Shown here in pieces: positions 13,857 to 24,700 of a DNA stretch of 64,000 bases. The stretch's first letter is position 1; the number at the start of each line of letters is the position of its first letter. The translations under genes and the position numbers were made by a program. The stretch is from Cycas panzhihuaensis (Eukaryota; Plantae; Cycadophyta), in NCBI GenBank assembly GCA_023213395.1, contig CM041465.1, forward strand, positions 96,417,741-96,481,740, given 5' to 3'. A model generated the notes under the pieces. It was not told the DNA's origin and did not search any database. It saw only the letters and a program-made list of their open reading frames with translations.

Positions 13857-14279
13857 TCAGGGATGGTCAACAAGAAGAGGAAGGCGGCGCTCAACGATGA
13901 GGCAAACGAGACTATCTGCCTCAGCGTTGAGGGCCCTAGGAATGTGCCAAATTTCGACAGACTGGAAGCAAGCCAGGAGAGATTTGGGGGTCGAAGCAAG
14001 GGTTCTCAGGTGAGGGCATCACACTTGGTAAACCTAGGTGAGATGGGACACCACAACCTGAGAGTCGCAAAGCAAAATGATAGGTCCGTGATGGAAACAG
14101 AGAACATCAGTGAGAGCTTTAATAATAGCTATGTACTCAGCTTCATTATTGGTAGCCTCTAGGAGAAAGATCCCAGAGTGTAAGAAATCGTGTTCAGAGG
14201 GGCTGTGAAGGATCCAAGTAGTAGCAGAAGGTCTCAGGTTACCGCGGCTTTCGCCGTCAGTAAAAATGTAGAGGGACAT
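13857..14279 (-). pseudogene. Stand-alone archaeal-type RNase H (aRH) of Tat-3
   Basis: MSLYIFTDGESRGN...ATNNEAEYIAII...LLCDSQVVV...HIPRALNAEADSL; the D-E-D-D catalytic pattern is recognisable; two point stops and one frameshift. Confidence 0.88.
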
Positions 14280-14802
14280 AGGTGACACAAAGTCCTTGTA
14301 ATAATAAATAATAATTGAGCAAGAAAGAGGCTCGAAAGGCAAGCAATAAATGGCCATGAAGGGTAGGAGGACCTAACAATAAGGCTACCCAAGGACGAGA
14401 GCAGGCAGTTTGACCATTGCCCGAGAGCGGGCAGAAAAAGGTACCCTGGGGTACCAAAGGTCGCTTTGGGAAGCAAAACATGCCCCCAGACGGGGGAGCA
14501 TTCCCTCTGGAGACCCCAGGGGCATAAATGAGCTACGAAAATGGGTCCAGGATGGCGAAACAAGCCAAATGAGTATAAACTCGGGCATGCACGGGGGTGG
14601 CACGTAAAACAAGACGAAAGGGCCCTACGAAAAAGTGCAATGACAAGGTGCCATAAATGCACTCGTAAGAAGGAGTGAAAAGGACGCTAAAGGAGTGCAA
14701 CGGGAGACAGGGCCAGAAGACAAAGGTGATCAAGGAAATGGGATGGTCCAAATGGCTGTCACGAGAGCAAAAATGGAGGTAGTGCCCGTCGGGGCCCCCG
14801 CC

Positions 14803-14809
14803 TATATAA
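14803..14809 (+). promoter_or_regulatory. Putative TATA box of the antisense PMD gene
   Basis: cctatataagg ~165 bp upstream of the ATG at 14971, after a GC-rich stretch. Confidence 0.45.
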
Positions 14810-14970
14810 GGAAATTTGTATGGAAAATGAATTCATTTTCACCGGCTCTCGAGAGAATTCGGAGCCATTCCCTTACGCAGCAGAGCGCCACCGAACTTCA
14901 AAGGCACGCGGAGTGAGATCGGACCGTTGGATCGAAGCACAGAGATAGTCACCGAGACCATCAGAGCGAG

Positions 14971-17401
14971 ATGGCGACAGCCAGGCCGGATCCAGTGAGT
15001 GGATCCTATGAAACCCATACCATTTCAAAGTTTCAGTTTGAGTGCTTTTTGTTGGTTTTTATGTAGTTTTTGTGCCTCATATAGGCAAATAGAGACCTCT
15101 TGGAGTCTAAATTAGACCCAGAAAGAGGGGGGACCTAGGCATTAGGCAGCCCTGGTCCTAGTGGGCCCCACAGGGGTCCACCCATAAGAAATTTTTTATT
15201 TTTTTAGGTAGAAAACCCTCCCTTTTGGGGGGGTGCCGTTTGTACCACGGTAAAGATCGCGATACTGCGATCTTTACTACGAGGCCCCGATCACCGCGGG
15301 ACCCGAGCTAAACTCTGCGGTACCACGGAGTTTAGAGTAGTATGAAGGAAAACCTACAGAAAAAAGAGGATAGGCGGCTAGCAGGCCCCGAATCTCAATT
15401 AGACAGGGCTGATAGACAGTCAGAAGGGTAGAGGACTGACATGAGCTTGATGTTGATTGGTTTTTGTGGTGTTGACAGGCTATTCTCGTGGTAGATAACT
15501 GCGAGAACATAGGGATGGTGATGCTTAACTTCATCAAGATGATGTCCAGGGAGGACAAGGGGGTCCTATGGAGGTGTGGCCTATTGAAGGCCCTGAAGAC
15601 ACCTCAATACACACTAGACCAGAGGCTATTAGTCGATATAGTATCACACTAGGACCAGAGAGGGCATGTTTTCCACCTACCCCAAGTGGGAGACATGACA
15701 GTGATGCCAAGAGATATCAGGTGGATACTTAGAGTACTAGCGACTGGGAGGCTGGTTGTACTAGGAGCGCTGCCTAACAATGGGGCAGCACACAGAGAGG
15801 CAGCAGTGTTCTTCACAGGGGTCGATAGATGGGAGAGGAGAGGGGTTCCTCTCCAGACCATGGTTAGGTCCAGGGTTCCTCGTGTGAGGAAACTCATTAC
15901 TTTGTACATTCTGTTCCAGTTTTCCCAGAAACAAAACTATAGGGACATCCCTAAGGGATGGATAGATGTAGTGCGTCATTATGAGGCCGACAAGAGGATG
16001 GATTGGGCCACCCTGATAGCGGCGAACCTCGTCACATAGTTGGATGCTATCAAGACGACATGTAGGAGAGGACTATCCTATAGCATGTTGTTATAGTGTT
16101 AGTTCTTTGATCATTTCATAGTAGTGGCGCCATTAAGGGGACCACACCCCATTGTAGAGTAGGCCCTGATGGTCCACAGGTAGCAGACCAGGTTGAGGAG
16201 GACAAAGGACCAGGCCCATGTCTGACGTTCAGTGGAGGCTACATCGCTGGACCTCCTCACTATGACGGATTATGTGGCAGATCCGTATAGGGCAGTGAGG
16301 TGGGATAGTGATGATGAGGTAGGCGGAGTAGGGGCGCTCCCAGGTGATGATGATGATGATGGAGATAGAGGAAATGGGGCCAGCCCATCATGACCTGTAG
16401 GAGAGGCAAGCCCATCGAGGACAGCAGGAGGAGCAATAGGGCCATCAGGGACTGCCGGCGGAGAGGTAGGCCCATCAGGGGCTGTAGAGGAGAGTAGGGA
16501 GCTAGTGACGACGGCCCGCAGGCTACAGATCGTGAGGAGATCCGGAGAGGCGACAACTGAGCTAGTCTCAGTGAGGAGAGAGGCCCAAGTAGAGGTGGTA
16601 CCTGAGGAGGAGGCACCAGCGGTGAGAGCCAGAGGCAGGCTATCACAGGCAGAGGACCAAGAATGCAGTAGGTGAGACCTTACCTCCTCATCGTTTGATA
16701 GCCAAATAGATAGTTTGATTTGGTTTTATTTTAGTATCCAGCTGGATATATATACTAACATATGGTATGTTGGATTTGTAGGTACTGCGGAGATCCAGCG
16801 GTTAGTAGAGGCCATGGTGAGGGAGATGTTCCCTCAGGTATACGCAGAGGGGCAACCGCCCATCCAGATCAACGATGCACCTAGATCAGCAGGTGCCCAC
16901 ATGGCAGCATTCGCCCCATTAGCGAGGGTGAGAGACATCTGGGCTACAGAGTCCCAAGAGCACATAGCATTCAGGTGGCAGATGCAGCGAGAGTTGGACG
17001 AGACTCAGAGTGAGCGGGATGCATTGCGGGGTCGCGTACAGGCTCTAGAGGCTCAGGGAGGAGCAAGTAGAGATACCGAGAGTAGGGTCTGGATGGCGGT
17101 CCTAGAGGAGCATCTCTGAGGGACAGAGGAGAGGTTCCAGAGCATGGAGGAGAGGCTCTGGGGAGTAGAGGGAGAGAGGGATTGTATCCAGGCCCGATAC
17201 GATCAGCTAGTGGATCAGGTGGCATCGAGGTCGAGCTAGAGCAGGACGTATACCCACACAGCAATGATGACATCGAGACGGCCACGTGATGAGGGGAGCG
17301 AGGCAGGGAGCTCACGGAGACTCAGGAGGAGTCTTGGAGGGATGTGGTCCCCAGGAGAGGGATCACATAGACCAGGAGATGATGCCCCAGGAGCGGGGTA
17401 G
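14971..17401 (+). pseudogene. Antisense three-exon plant mobile domain (PMD, PF10536-like)/coiled-coil gene of Tat-3; exons 14971-14994, 15479-16671, 16782-17401
   Basis: Exon 2 reads LLVDIVSH*DQRGHVFHLPQVGDMTVMPRDIRWILRVLATGR and DWATLIAANL (PMD motifs W...FHLP.G.MT, and W...L). GT-AG introns 14995-15478 (phase 0, in frame with ORF 15686) and 16672-16781, each with a ctgac/ctaac branch point. Exon 3 is coiled-coil-like (QRELDETQSERDALRGRVQALE). Confidence 0.82.
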
Positions 17402-18037
17402 TAGCAGTATAGTACTCATATATCTAATTTTGATGGAGGAAAGCACGGGCCTACAGGGGGTTATATATAGAGTCATATAATTGTACCCCCCCTGAAAAGA
17501 CACTGGCTTCCTATATGTATGATATGATTCTCGACTTTGATGTATATATATAGTCAAGGTAATTGGTACCCCATTTTGATACAACATGATGTGTATATCA
17601 TGTGTGACAAATGACATGTATATTTTGTTATGTACGTTATAGATGCTTTGTTATATGATGCACGTATTTCCTTCCACGCATGGCTATATATCTAATAGGA
17701 GCACACACGACTACTATGAGTAGAGGTGATAGACACATGTGGGATTAGAAATAGGGCACACGCACGTCTACAGAAGAGCATAGTAGGATATACGAAGGAA
17801 ACACCGAGCGAGAGGGAGGAGTAACGATACTCCAGAGCGTCGTCCTAACTGGGAGTTGCCCAAATAGGAGGACAAAAGTCCCAAAAGGATATGGGAACAT
17901 AGGTTCCGCGGGAGGAACCGAAAAGAAACGGGAGAGGCCATCCTAAGTTGCCATTCCACCCGTGGCTGGGAGAAATGGGAACAACTTAAGATGGTAGTTT
18001 AGGCTCATTTCAGAGCGAGGGTGAAGTGATAACGAAG

Positions 18038-21000
18038 TCACGAGTAGAACTTCTTAAGGAATTTCCCATTAACAGCTTTCTCAAACTCAAGACCTTCCAA
18101 GGTGGTAATCCTATAAGCACCATTACCGAGGGTCTCGATAATGACGAAAGGGCCAACCCATCGAGGTTTGAATTTAGTCAAACGGTCATGAAGATATTCA
18201 AGTTTGAGGACATGGTCCCCAGGAAACAAAGGATAGGAACAAAGATGTTTATCATAGGTCCTTTAGGAGTGAGTTTTGGATGCCAAGTTAGCCTGATAAA
18301 TGAATAAACATCTCTCGTCCAAAGCTTTGAGGTCCAGAAGGTGAGCCTAACAGATCGACTCCTCATCAATGAGACCTCAAAGAGAGACTCGCAAGGAAGG
18401 AATCTCTACCTCCAATGGGAGTACCACCTTGAAACCGTAGACCAGGGAGAACAGGGTCATTCCCGTGGCTGAACGGATAGAGATGTGGTAAGCCCACAAA
18501 GCGGAAGGCAGCTGAAGGTACCAGTCTCTTTGAGACTGAGCAACAGTTTTCTTTAGGATATTGACGAGAGTCTTATCGAATGACTCTACCTGACCATTTG
18601 CCTAAGGATAGTAAGAAGAAGAAGTTTTGTGAGAAATCTTGAACTTCTTGCAAAGCTCATCCATCTCCTTGTTATAGAAGGGGGTTCCATTATCATTGAT
18701 TAAGACGTCCAGAATCCCAAAACGGCAAATGATGTGTTGGTAAACGAATGTAGCTATCATTTTACCAAGAGTAGTAATTAAGGGGATGGCCTCTGCCCAT
18801 TTGGTGAAATATTCCGTGGCAGGCAAGATAAACTTATGCTATAATAACGAAGGTGGAGAGATAGCCCCGATGAGATCTATCCCCCACTGAGTGAAAGGCC
18901 ATGGAGAAATAATGGGATGAAGGGCGTCTGAAGGCACATGGGAGATGTTGGCATGTTCCTAACATCATCGACATCTGAAGGAAAAAGCGTGGGTGTCCTT
19001 GAAAAGAGACGGCCAAAAGTAACCCATGTAGAGGATCCTCTAAGCCATAGACTAGCCCCCAAAGTGGCCCTCATAAATACCATGGTGGCATTCGCGGAGT
19101 ATTTGGTCAGCTTCGTCGGTAGTGACGCAGTGGAGGAGGACCCCATCGAAGGACCTCTTGTACAATACTTCATCTATGAGGAAGTATTACCTAGCAAAAG
19201 TCCAGGTGCGAGATCTAACTTTACTACTAGCATCAGGGCGGTATTACTATTGTGTGACATACCGCACTATGTTGCCATACCACTCATTGTCGATGAGTGG
19301 ATGAGGAGAGATGTCCTGAATCATCAAGATGGACTCATCAGGGAGAGAATTGTCAACAGGAGTATCAAAGGAGTTAGGAATGGAGGCATCTGCGAGCTGC
19401 TCGGTGACTACCATTCCCTTCTTCGATTTCCAGTTAACGATATGAAGGTCGAATTCTTAGAGTAGGACGACCTAACGACCAGCCCTACCCGTCAAATCTG
19501 AACGAGTGAGTAAGTATCGCAAGGGATTAGACTGGACGATCACCTTGGTAGTATTGCCAAGCAAGTAATGTCTAAACTTCTTGGTTGCGTAGACCAAGGA
19601 GAGACATTCCTTCTTAGCAGGCGAGTAGTTAAGTTCAGCAGCCACAAGAGTGTGACCAATGAAATAAATAGCCCTCTTGGTTCCTGAGTCATCCTCCTGA
19701 GCTAACATAGCACCCAAGGACTCGTCAGTCGCTGAGGTATACAGAACAAAGGGCTTATCGAAATGAGGGGGCACCAGCGTAGGAGTAGAAGCGAGAGCTT
19801 CCTTGAGTCCTTCAAAGGCTTGTTGGGTCTTGTCAGACCAAACAAAAGGAGCTACCTCTTTCAACAAGTTCGTAAGGGGTTTAGCGCTCACGGTGAAGTC
19901 TGCTAAGAAGAGCTTGAGAAAACCGAGCCTTCCTAGAAATGACTTAATCTGTCATTGGGTTCTAAGAGGTGGCATATCAAGGATTTCCCTAACCTTGTCA
20001 GGATCAATCTGGATTCCTTGTTTGGACATAAGAAATCCAAGGAGTTTACCCGAACTAACGGCAAACACACACTTGAGCGGGTTTAGGCTAACATGGTACT
20101 TGCGGCATCGTGAGAAGATAACCCGCAAGTCGGAGGGGTGATGGGCCCTAACAGGTGAGAGACCCATCATATCATCCATGAAGACCTCCAATGTGTTATC
20201 AATAAGGTCATGGAAGATGAAATGCATCGCTCTTTGATAAGTAGCGCCTACATTTTTAAGACCAAAGGGCATTGCCTTGTAGGCAAAGGTACCTTATGGT
20301 GTAATGAAGGCCGTCTTGTGGCAGTCTTCAGGAGAAATCTGGATCTAGTTGTAACCAGAGAAGCCGTCCATTAAGGACAAGACTTCAAATCAAGTGGTTT
20401 GATCAATGATTTGATCAATGAAGGGAAGTGGAAAGTTGTCCTTAGGATAAGCATTGTTAATGTCACGGAAGTTGACGCATATACAGATGGCCCTGTTCTT
20501 TTTAGCAATGGGGATAATGTTGGAGACCCACTTGGGGTAATCAATGGAAGTAATGAGTCCAACATCTAAGAGCTTATCAACCTCCATCTTAACGACGGCT
20601 GAGAGCTTTGGGTGAAGAGGACGCTGCTTCTGCTGCACGGGGTGGGTGCCAGGGATGGTGGTGAGATTATGGGTGACAATGGAGGGGTCAATTCCCTTCA
20701 TTTCAGCATAATCCCACACAAAAACATCCTGAAACTCCTGGAACAAAAGGGAATACTCCCTTACCTCATTAGGAGAGCATTCCATCCTGACCTTAATGAC
20801 CTTGCCAAGGGCCAAGACTATGTCTTGGGTTGCCCCCATGTACATGGCATTTCCCTCCTCGAAGTGGAGAGGGGCAAGGTCAACAAGAGGAGATGGAATA
20901 GGGGACGGGATTGGGTCGACAAGTGTGGACCCAATCGCAAGGATCTTCTGGTGGCCAAGCCTATGGTGACCAGAAGGCAAGTTAGGCATGAAGCCCGCTA

Positions 21001-21070
21001 GGTGCTCGAGCAAGGCTTCATTATCCTCGAAGTAATCCACCCCATGGATGACCTTACTCCAAGTAGACAA
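18038..21070 (-). pseudogene. Tat-3 pol: RT, RNase H, integrase with GPF-type C-terminus; no aRH between RH and INT
   Basis: CVNFRDINNAYPKDNFPLPFID; MPFGLKNVGATYQR..FMDD; YTSATDESLGAMLAQ..ELNYSPAKKECL; EYFTKWAEA..DNGTPF; KFKPRWVGPF..VNGKFLKKFY. Confidence 0.93.
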
Positions 21071-21078
21071 AGTGCTAG

Positions 21079-21577
21079 AGTAAGCGACTTTTGAAGCCTT
21101 CCATTACCCCTTAGGCACCTAGCATGTAGCTTCACCTTCTCACAATTTCATAGGAAGCTGCTTGACCAATAACTACTTTTTGATAAATCGTGACACACCT
21201 TGTGATGTCCCCCTTGGCAAATAGTGATCATCTTCTAGTTTCTAGGGTTCCCCCCCCCCCTATGAGAAATTGTTGCTACTGGTCCTCTTCCTCAAAAGAG
21301 GGTTTTTTCCTATTTCTTTGGCCTTAACGGTAAGAGAGCCCAACCTCAGCTACTTGGCAACATGAGGATGTCCCTTATTCTTTTACCCTTCATACCAAGA
21401 GGATTCTTAAAAGGAAGGTGGTTCATGCTCAATTATGGGTCCTCAAACCTACATTCTGATGTGCAAATGCCCTTTGAGGGTGTTTTGGCTATTTCTTCCC
21501 TTCTCTTCTTCACCTTGATTAGCCCCCATAACTAGTAGAGTAGATAAAGCCTATGACCCCCCAGAGGTGTGCCTCCA
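21079..21577 (+). repeat. Tat-2 5' LTR, last part, followed by a degraded PBS (21579-21596)
   Basis: Aligns with 34604-35098 and ends gtgcctcca; following tagcaaccatactaagga resembles the Tat-1 PBS-like site. Confidence 0.85.
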
Positions 21578-21749
21578 CTAGCAACCATACTAAGGAGCCA
21601 CTAGTAAGGGAAATTATAACTTTTCCTTCAGTCTTCCTGGAGTAAGCCTCCTTCATTTTCCTCTTATCTTTGTGATTTGTTGGGTAGCCCTAACATTCAT
21701 TTTTATTTAGTTAGTCTTTATCTACAACCCTTTTTAGGTGAGACATAGA

Positions 21750-24700
21750 TGCCATGTTTCTCTCACCGCTTATACGATCTCCCCCTAGTCTCTGAAAAAC
21801 CTCCTTACTCTCTCGTCCCCTCATCCGACTCCAAGTCTATGATGGAGGGATATCCATCAGAGTAGGCATACCATGCCTATGTTTTTTAGTCCTAAAGCCT
21901 AGCTTCTAACCCTCTTTAAGATCCCGCCTAAGAGGGCAAAGACCTCATTTTCTATCCAAGTGCCTACACCCACCCCAAATTCCACCCTTTCCCTACATAT
22001 GACGTAGGTCAATCTTCCTCCATGGAAGGCTTTCACCCTAATGAGAGCTCCCATGAGGATCATCCTGTGGGTCTCACCCCATACGAGGAACCTTCCACCT
22101 CATACGAGCAAGTGGGAATCCCTCCTGCAGTGGTCGAAGTGCTACGACAATGCTTTGAAGTCGTGACCACCCAACCATACTCTAAGTGGTTAGGGGACCT
22201 CCTTCATGGCATCACTCTGTCTATGCTTGGATAAACACCTCCTATTTCATCTCATCCTTTTCCCACATCCATAATAGGGCCCACTCCTACCATCTCATAT
22301 GCTTCGTGTGCTCCTCATGTACGAAATGCATCCCAAGGCATGTCCATATCCTAAATTAGGGTGAGCATGCTTATTTCTGTCCAAATGACTATGCCACAAT
22401 CTACTATGGCTCATACCCCCTTTTGTTCAGCCTAGAATGCTTCTTCCCTTCCATCCTTTAGATCACGTGGGACCCACTCCCATGCATCCTTATTTGCAAC
22501 CAAGAGATTTCTCCCTCTATATACCTTAGGGTATACGACCCAACCTTAGGGGTATGGAGGGGCAAATCCTCTTCCAACTTACAAGGTAGATCTGCTCCAT
22601 CCTTATGGGGTCGCACCTCCTATGGGTGGCCCATATGGACAAAACCCCATCCCATTTTCTACACCTTCATCCCCATGTACTACATCGTACATAACTCATA
22701 TACCTGGGGGGTGCCATACCCCCATATTCTTATTACTCTCACATGCAACCTACACAGGGGGCATGTCCTTAAGGTGGGATGAGACCCTCTCACTCGCTTT
22801 CCTCCCATCCTCTTTTCAACACACGGGTATAGTCTTATCTCACTAAGTAAGTGGAAACCTATTCTCCTTGTGTGCCCATTATTCTCATTGCGGGACTAGG
22901 TAATTGTGCCCACCCCCCTCTTTACCTTTAGTTGACCCCTTAACTCAACCAAGGGCTTGACCCTTCATTGATTATAGGTCAACACCCCTTTCCTTATAGG
23001 CCCTAAGGACTAACTAGCCTCTCCATCCTCCCAAAGTGCCTAAATTTGATGGCACTTCCTCCCAAGACCCAACCAAACTTGTTAGGAGTTTCTCCATGGC
23101 ATGTATTAATTATTGGGCTTATGACTACATATTAATGAAGTTATTTCCCCGATCATTATATGGAGATGCCCTTGAATAGTTTAACCATCTCCCTGCCCAT
23201 TCTATCCACTCCTTCCAACAACTTGTAGATGAGTTCGTCAACTACTATGACGTAGCTCATCCCTTCAAGAGTGGGATTAAAGCCCTACTCACCCTTAAGC
23301 AAGGCCATGATGAAATGAATCGTGATTTTATGAGGCATTTTCACGACCTCCTCCATTCCATGAAGGCTACATTGCCTAAGGAATTTAAGAGGGATATTTT
23401 CATAAATACCCTTCATCTGAAAGTCCACGTCGAGGTCCTTAAAATGGGAGCAATGACATGTGATTCTTCCATAGCCAAATGCTTAGTATTATAGGCTATT
23501 GAGATCCAAGCAGGTCTCAAGAAACCTCTTAGATCCTTATAGCACCACAAGGCACCCCTTTTGCCACATAACCCTAGCCCTTAACAGCCTCCAAGGCCCT
23601 CTACCCGCACAATGGAGAGGACCTTGGATCCCTTAAACTTCACCATATACTCATCCAAGTGTACAATGAAGAAGCTAAAGCTCTAGCCTTCTCAACCATC
23701 CTCAGATTCTTGTAGGCATGTTCATCAGGTGTCCCAAGTCACATCGCCTAAAGGTAGAAACACCCAAACCTCTCAAGTAAGGAGGATGAAACCCTCCTCT
23801 GAGAAGAAATGGTGCTTCGCCCATGGTGAGTGCCTTCATGAATATTCATAATGTTGGGTGTAACACCCTGAGCTTGCCCTGCAACATGATTCTTCTCCTA
23901 AATATGCATCTAGACCTAACTTAGACCAACTCGCTCATCACGATCCCTTCCCCAAACATGGGAAACATGATTGATCTAATCAGGATAAAGTGACAAGGAA
24001 CAAGGGATGATCCCCCAATCCCACTCCTGAGCAAACGAAGGGAAAGAAGGCAAGGGATTCATCTTCTGCTCCTGGTCCTCATCCCCAACCTTCCTCATCT
24101 TCTCAACCCCAAAACAAGGGGAAGAGGATTATTCAAATGCTTGAGACTACCCCTTTGTGCCTGGTCACAAGATCTCAAGCGGCTAAGGAGGTCATCAGGC
24201 CTTTCGCTTCCTAACAAAACCTTCTTGCAGATAATCCACCCTCTGAGATCCCAATCATCCCTAAGACCATTCCTGTTTATCCTGGGTGCTATGACTTTCA
24301 AAGGGCGCTTTCCCAACCTACTAGAAAAAGGAAGTTCTTCTCTATAGTTGATGAGCTCCATACCATAGCCATAGGAATATCCATGATGGATGTCTTACAG
24401 AGTTACCCTGAGTAATACACCCTTCTTTTTTAGGCTTTGGGTCACACTAATACCCCTATCCATGCTTTAGGTGCTACCCAAAATCGGGAGCCCATTATCG
24501 CTTTTGACCTTAAGGATCTCCCATCCGCAAGTGAGAGGGAGCGTCAATGGTACTACCCCTTTACCATTTCCATTGACACCCCTGAGTGTACTCTTAGAAG
24601 GATAATTGTAGACAATGGTTCTTCTGTTAATCTTATTCCCTTATGCATAATACAAGATTTGGGTATAACAACCCTCAAACCAATCCCATGGTAATATCAA

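Larger units (their letters stand above)
10721..21078 (-). mobile_element. Tat-3: 5'-truncated Tat-like element inverted inside the Tat-2 5' LTR; retains RT-RH-INT, antisense PMD gene, aRH, PPT and 3' LTR
   Basis: Abrupt break in Tat-2 LTR homology at 10720 and resumption at ~21079; long pol ORFs on minus; relatively CpG-rich, consistent with a younger insertion. Confidence 0.9.

Noticed and set aside
15650-15652. TAG at the conserved PMD Trp in both Tat-2 and Tat-3 (possible readthrough or shared inactivation)
   Set aside because: The codon lies in a CTGG/CCAG (CHG) context where TGG>TAG is very common throughout the window; independent deamination is sufficient.
18938-19465. 175-aa plus-strand ORF as another accessory gene
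   Set aside because: Lies exactly antisense to the RH-INT region; only a shorter shadow ORF exists in Tat-2 and it has no recognisable motif.
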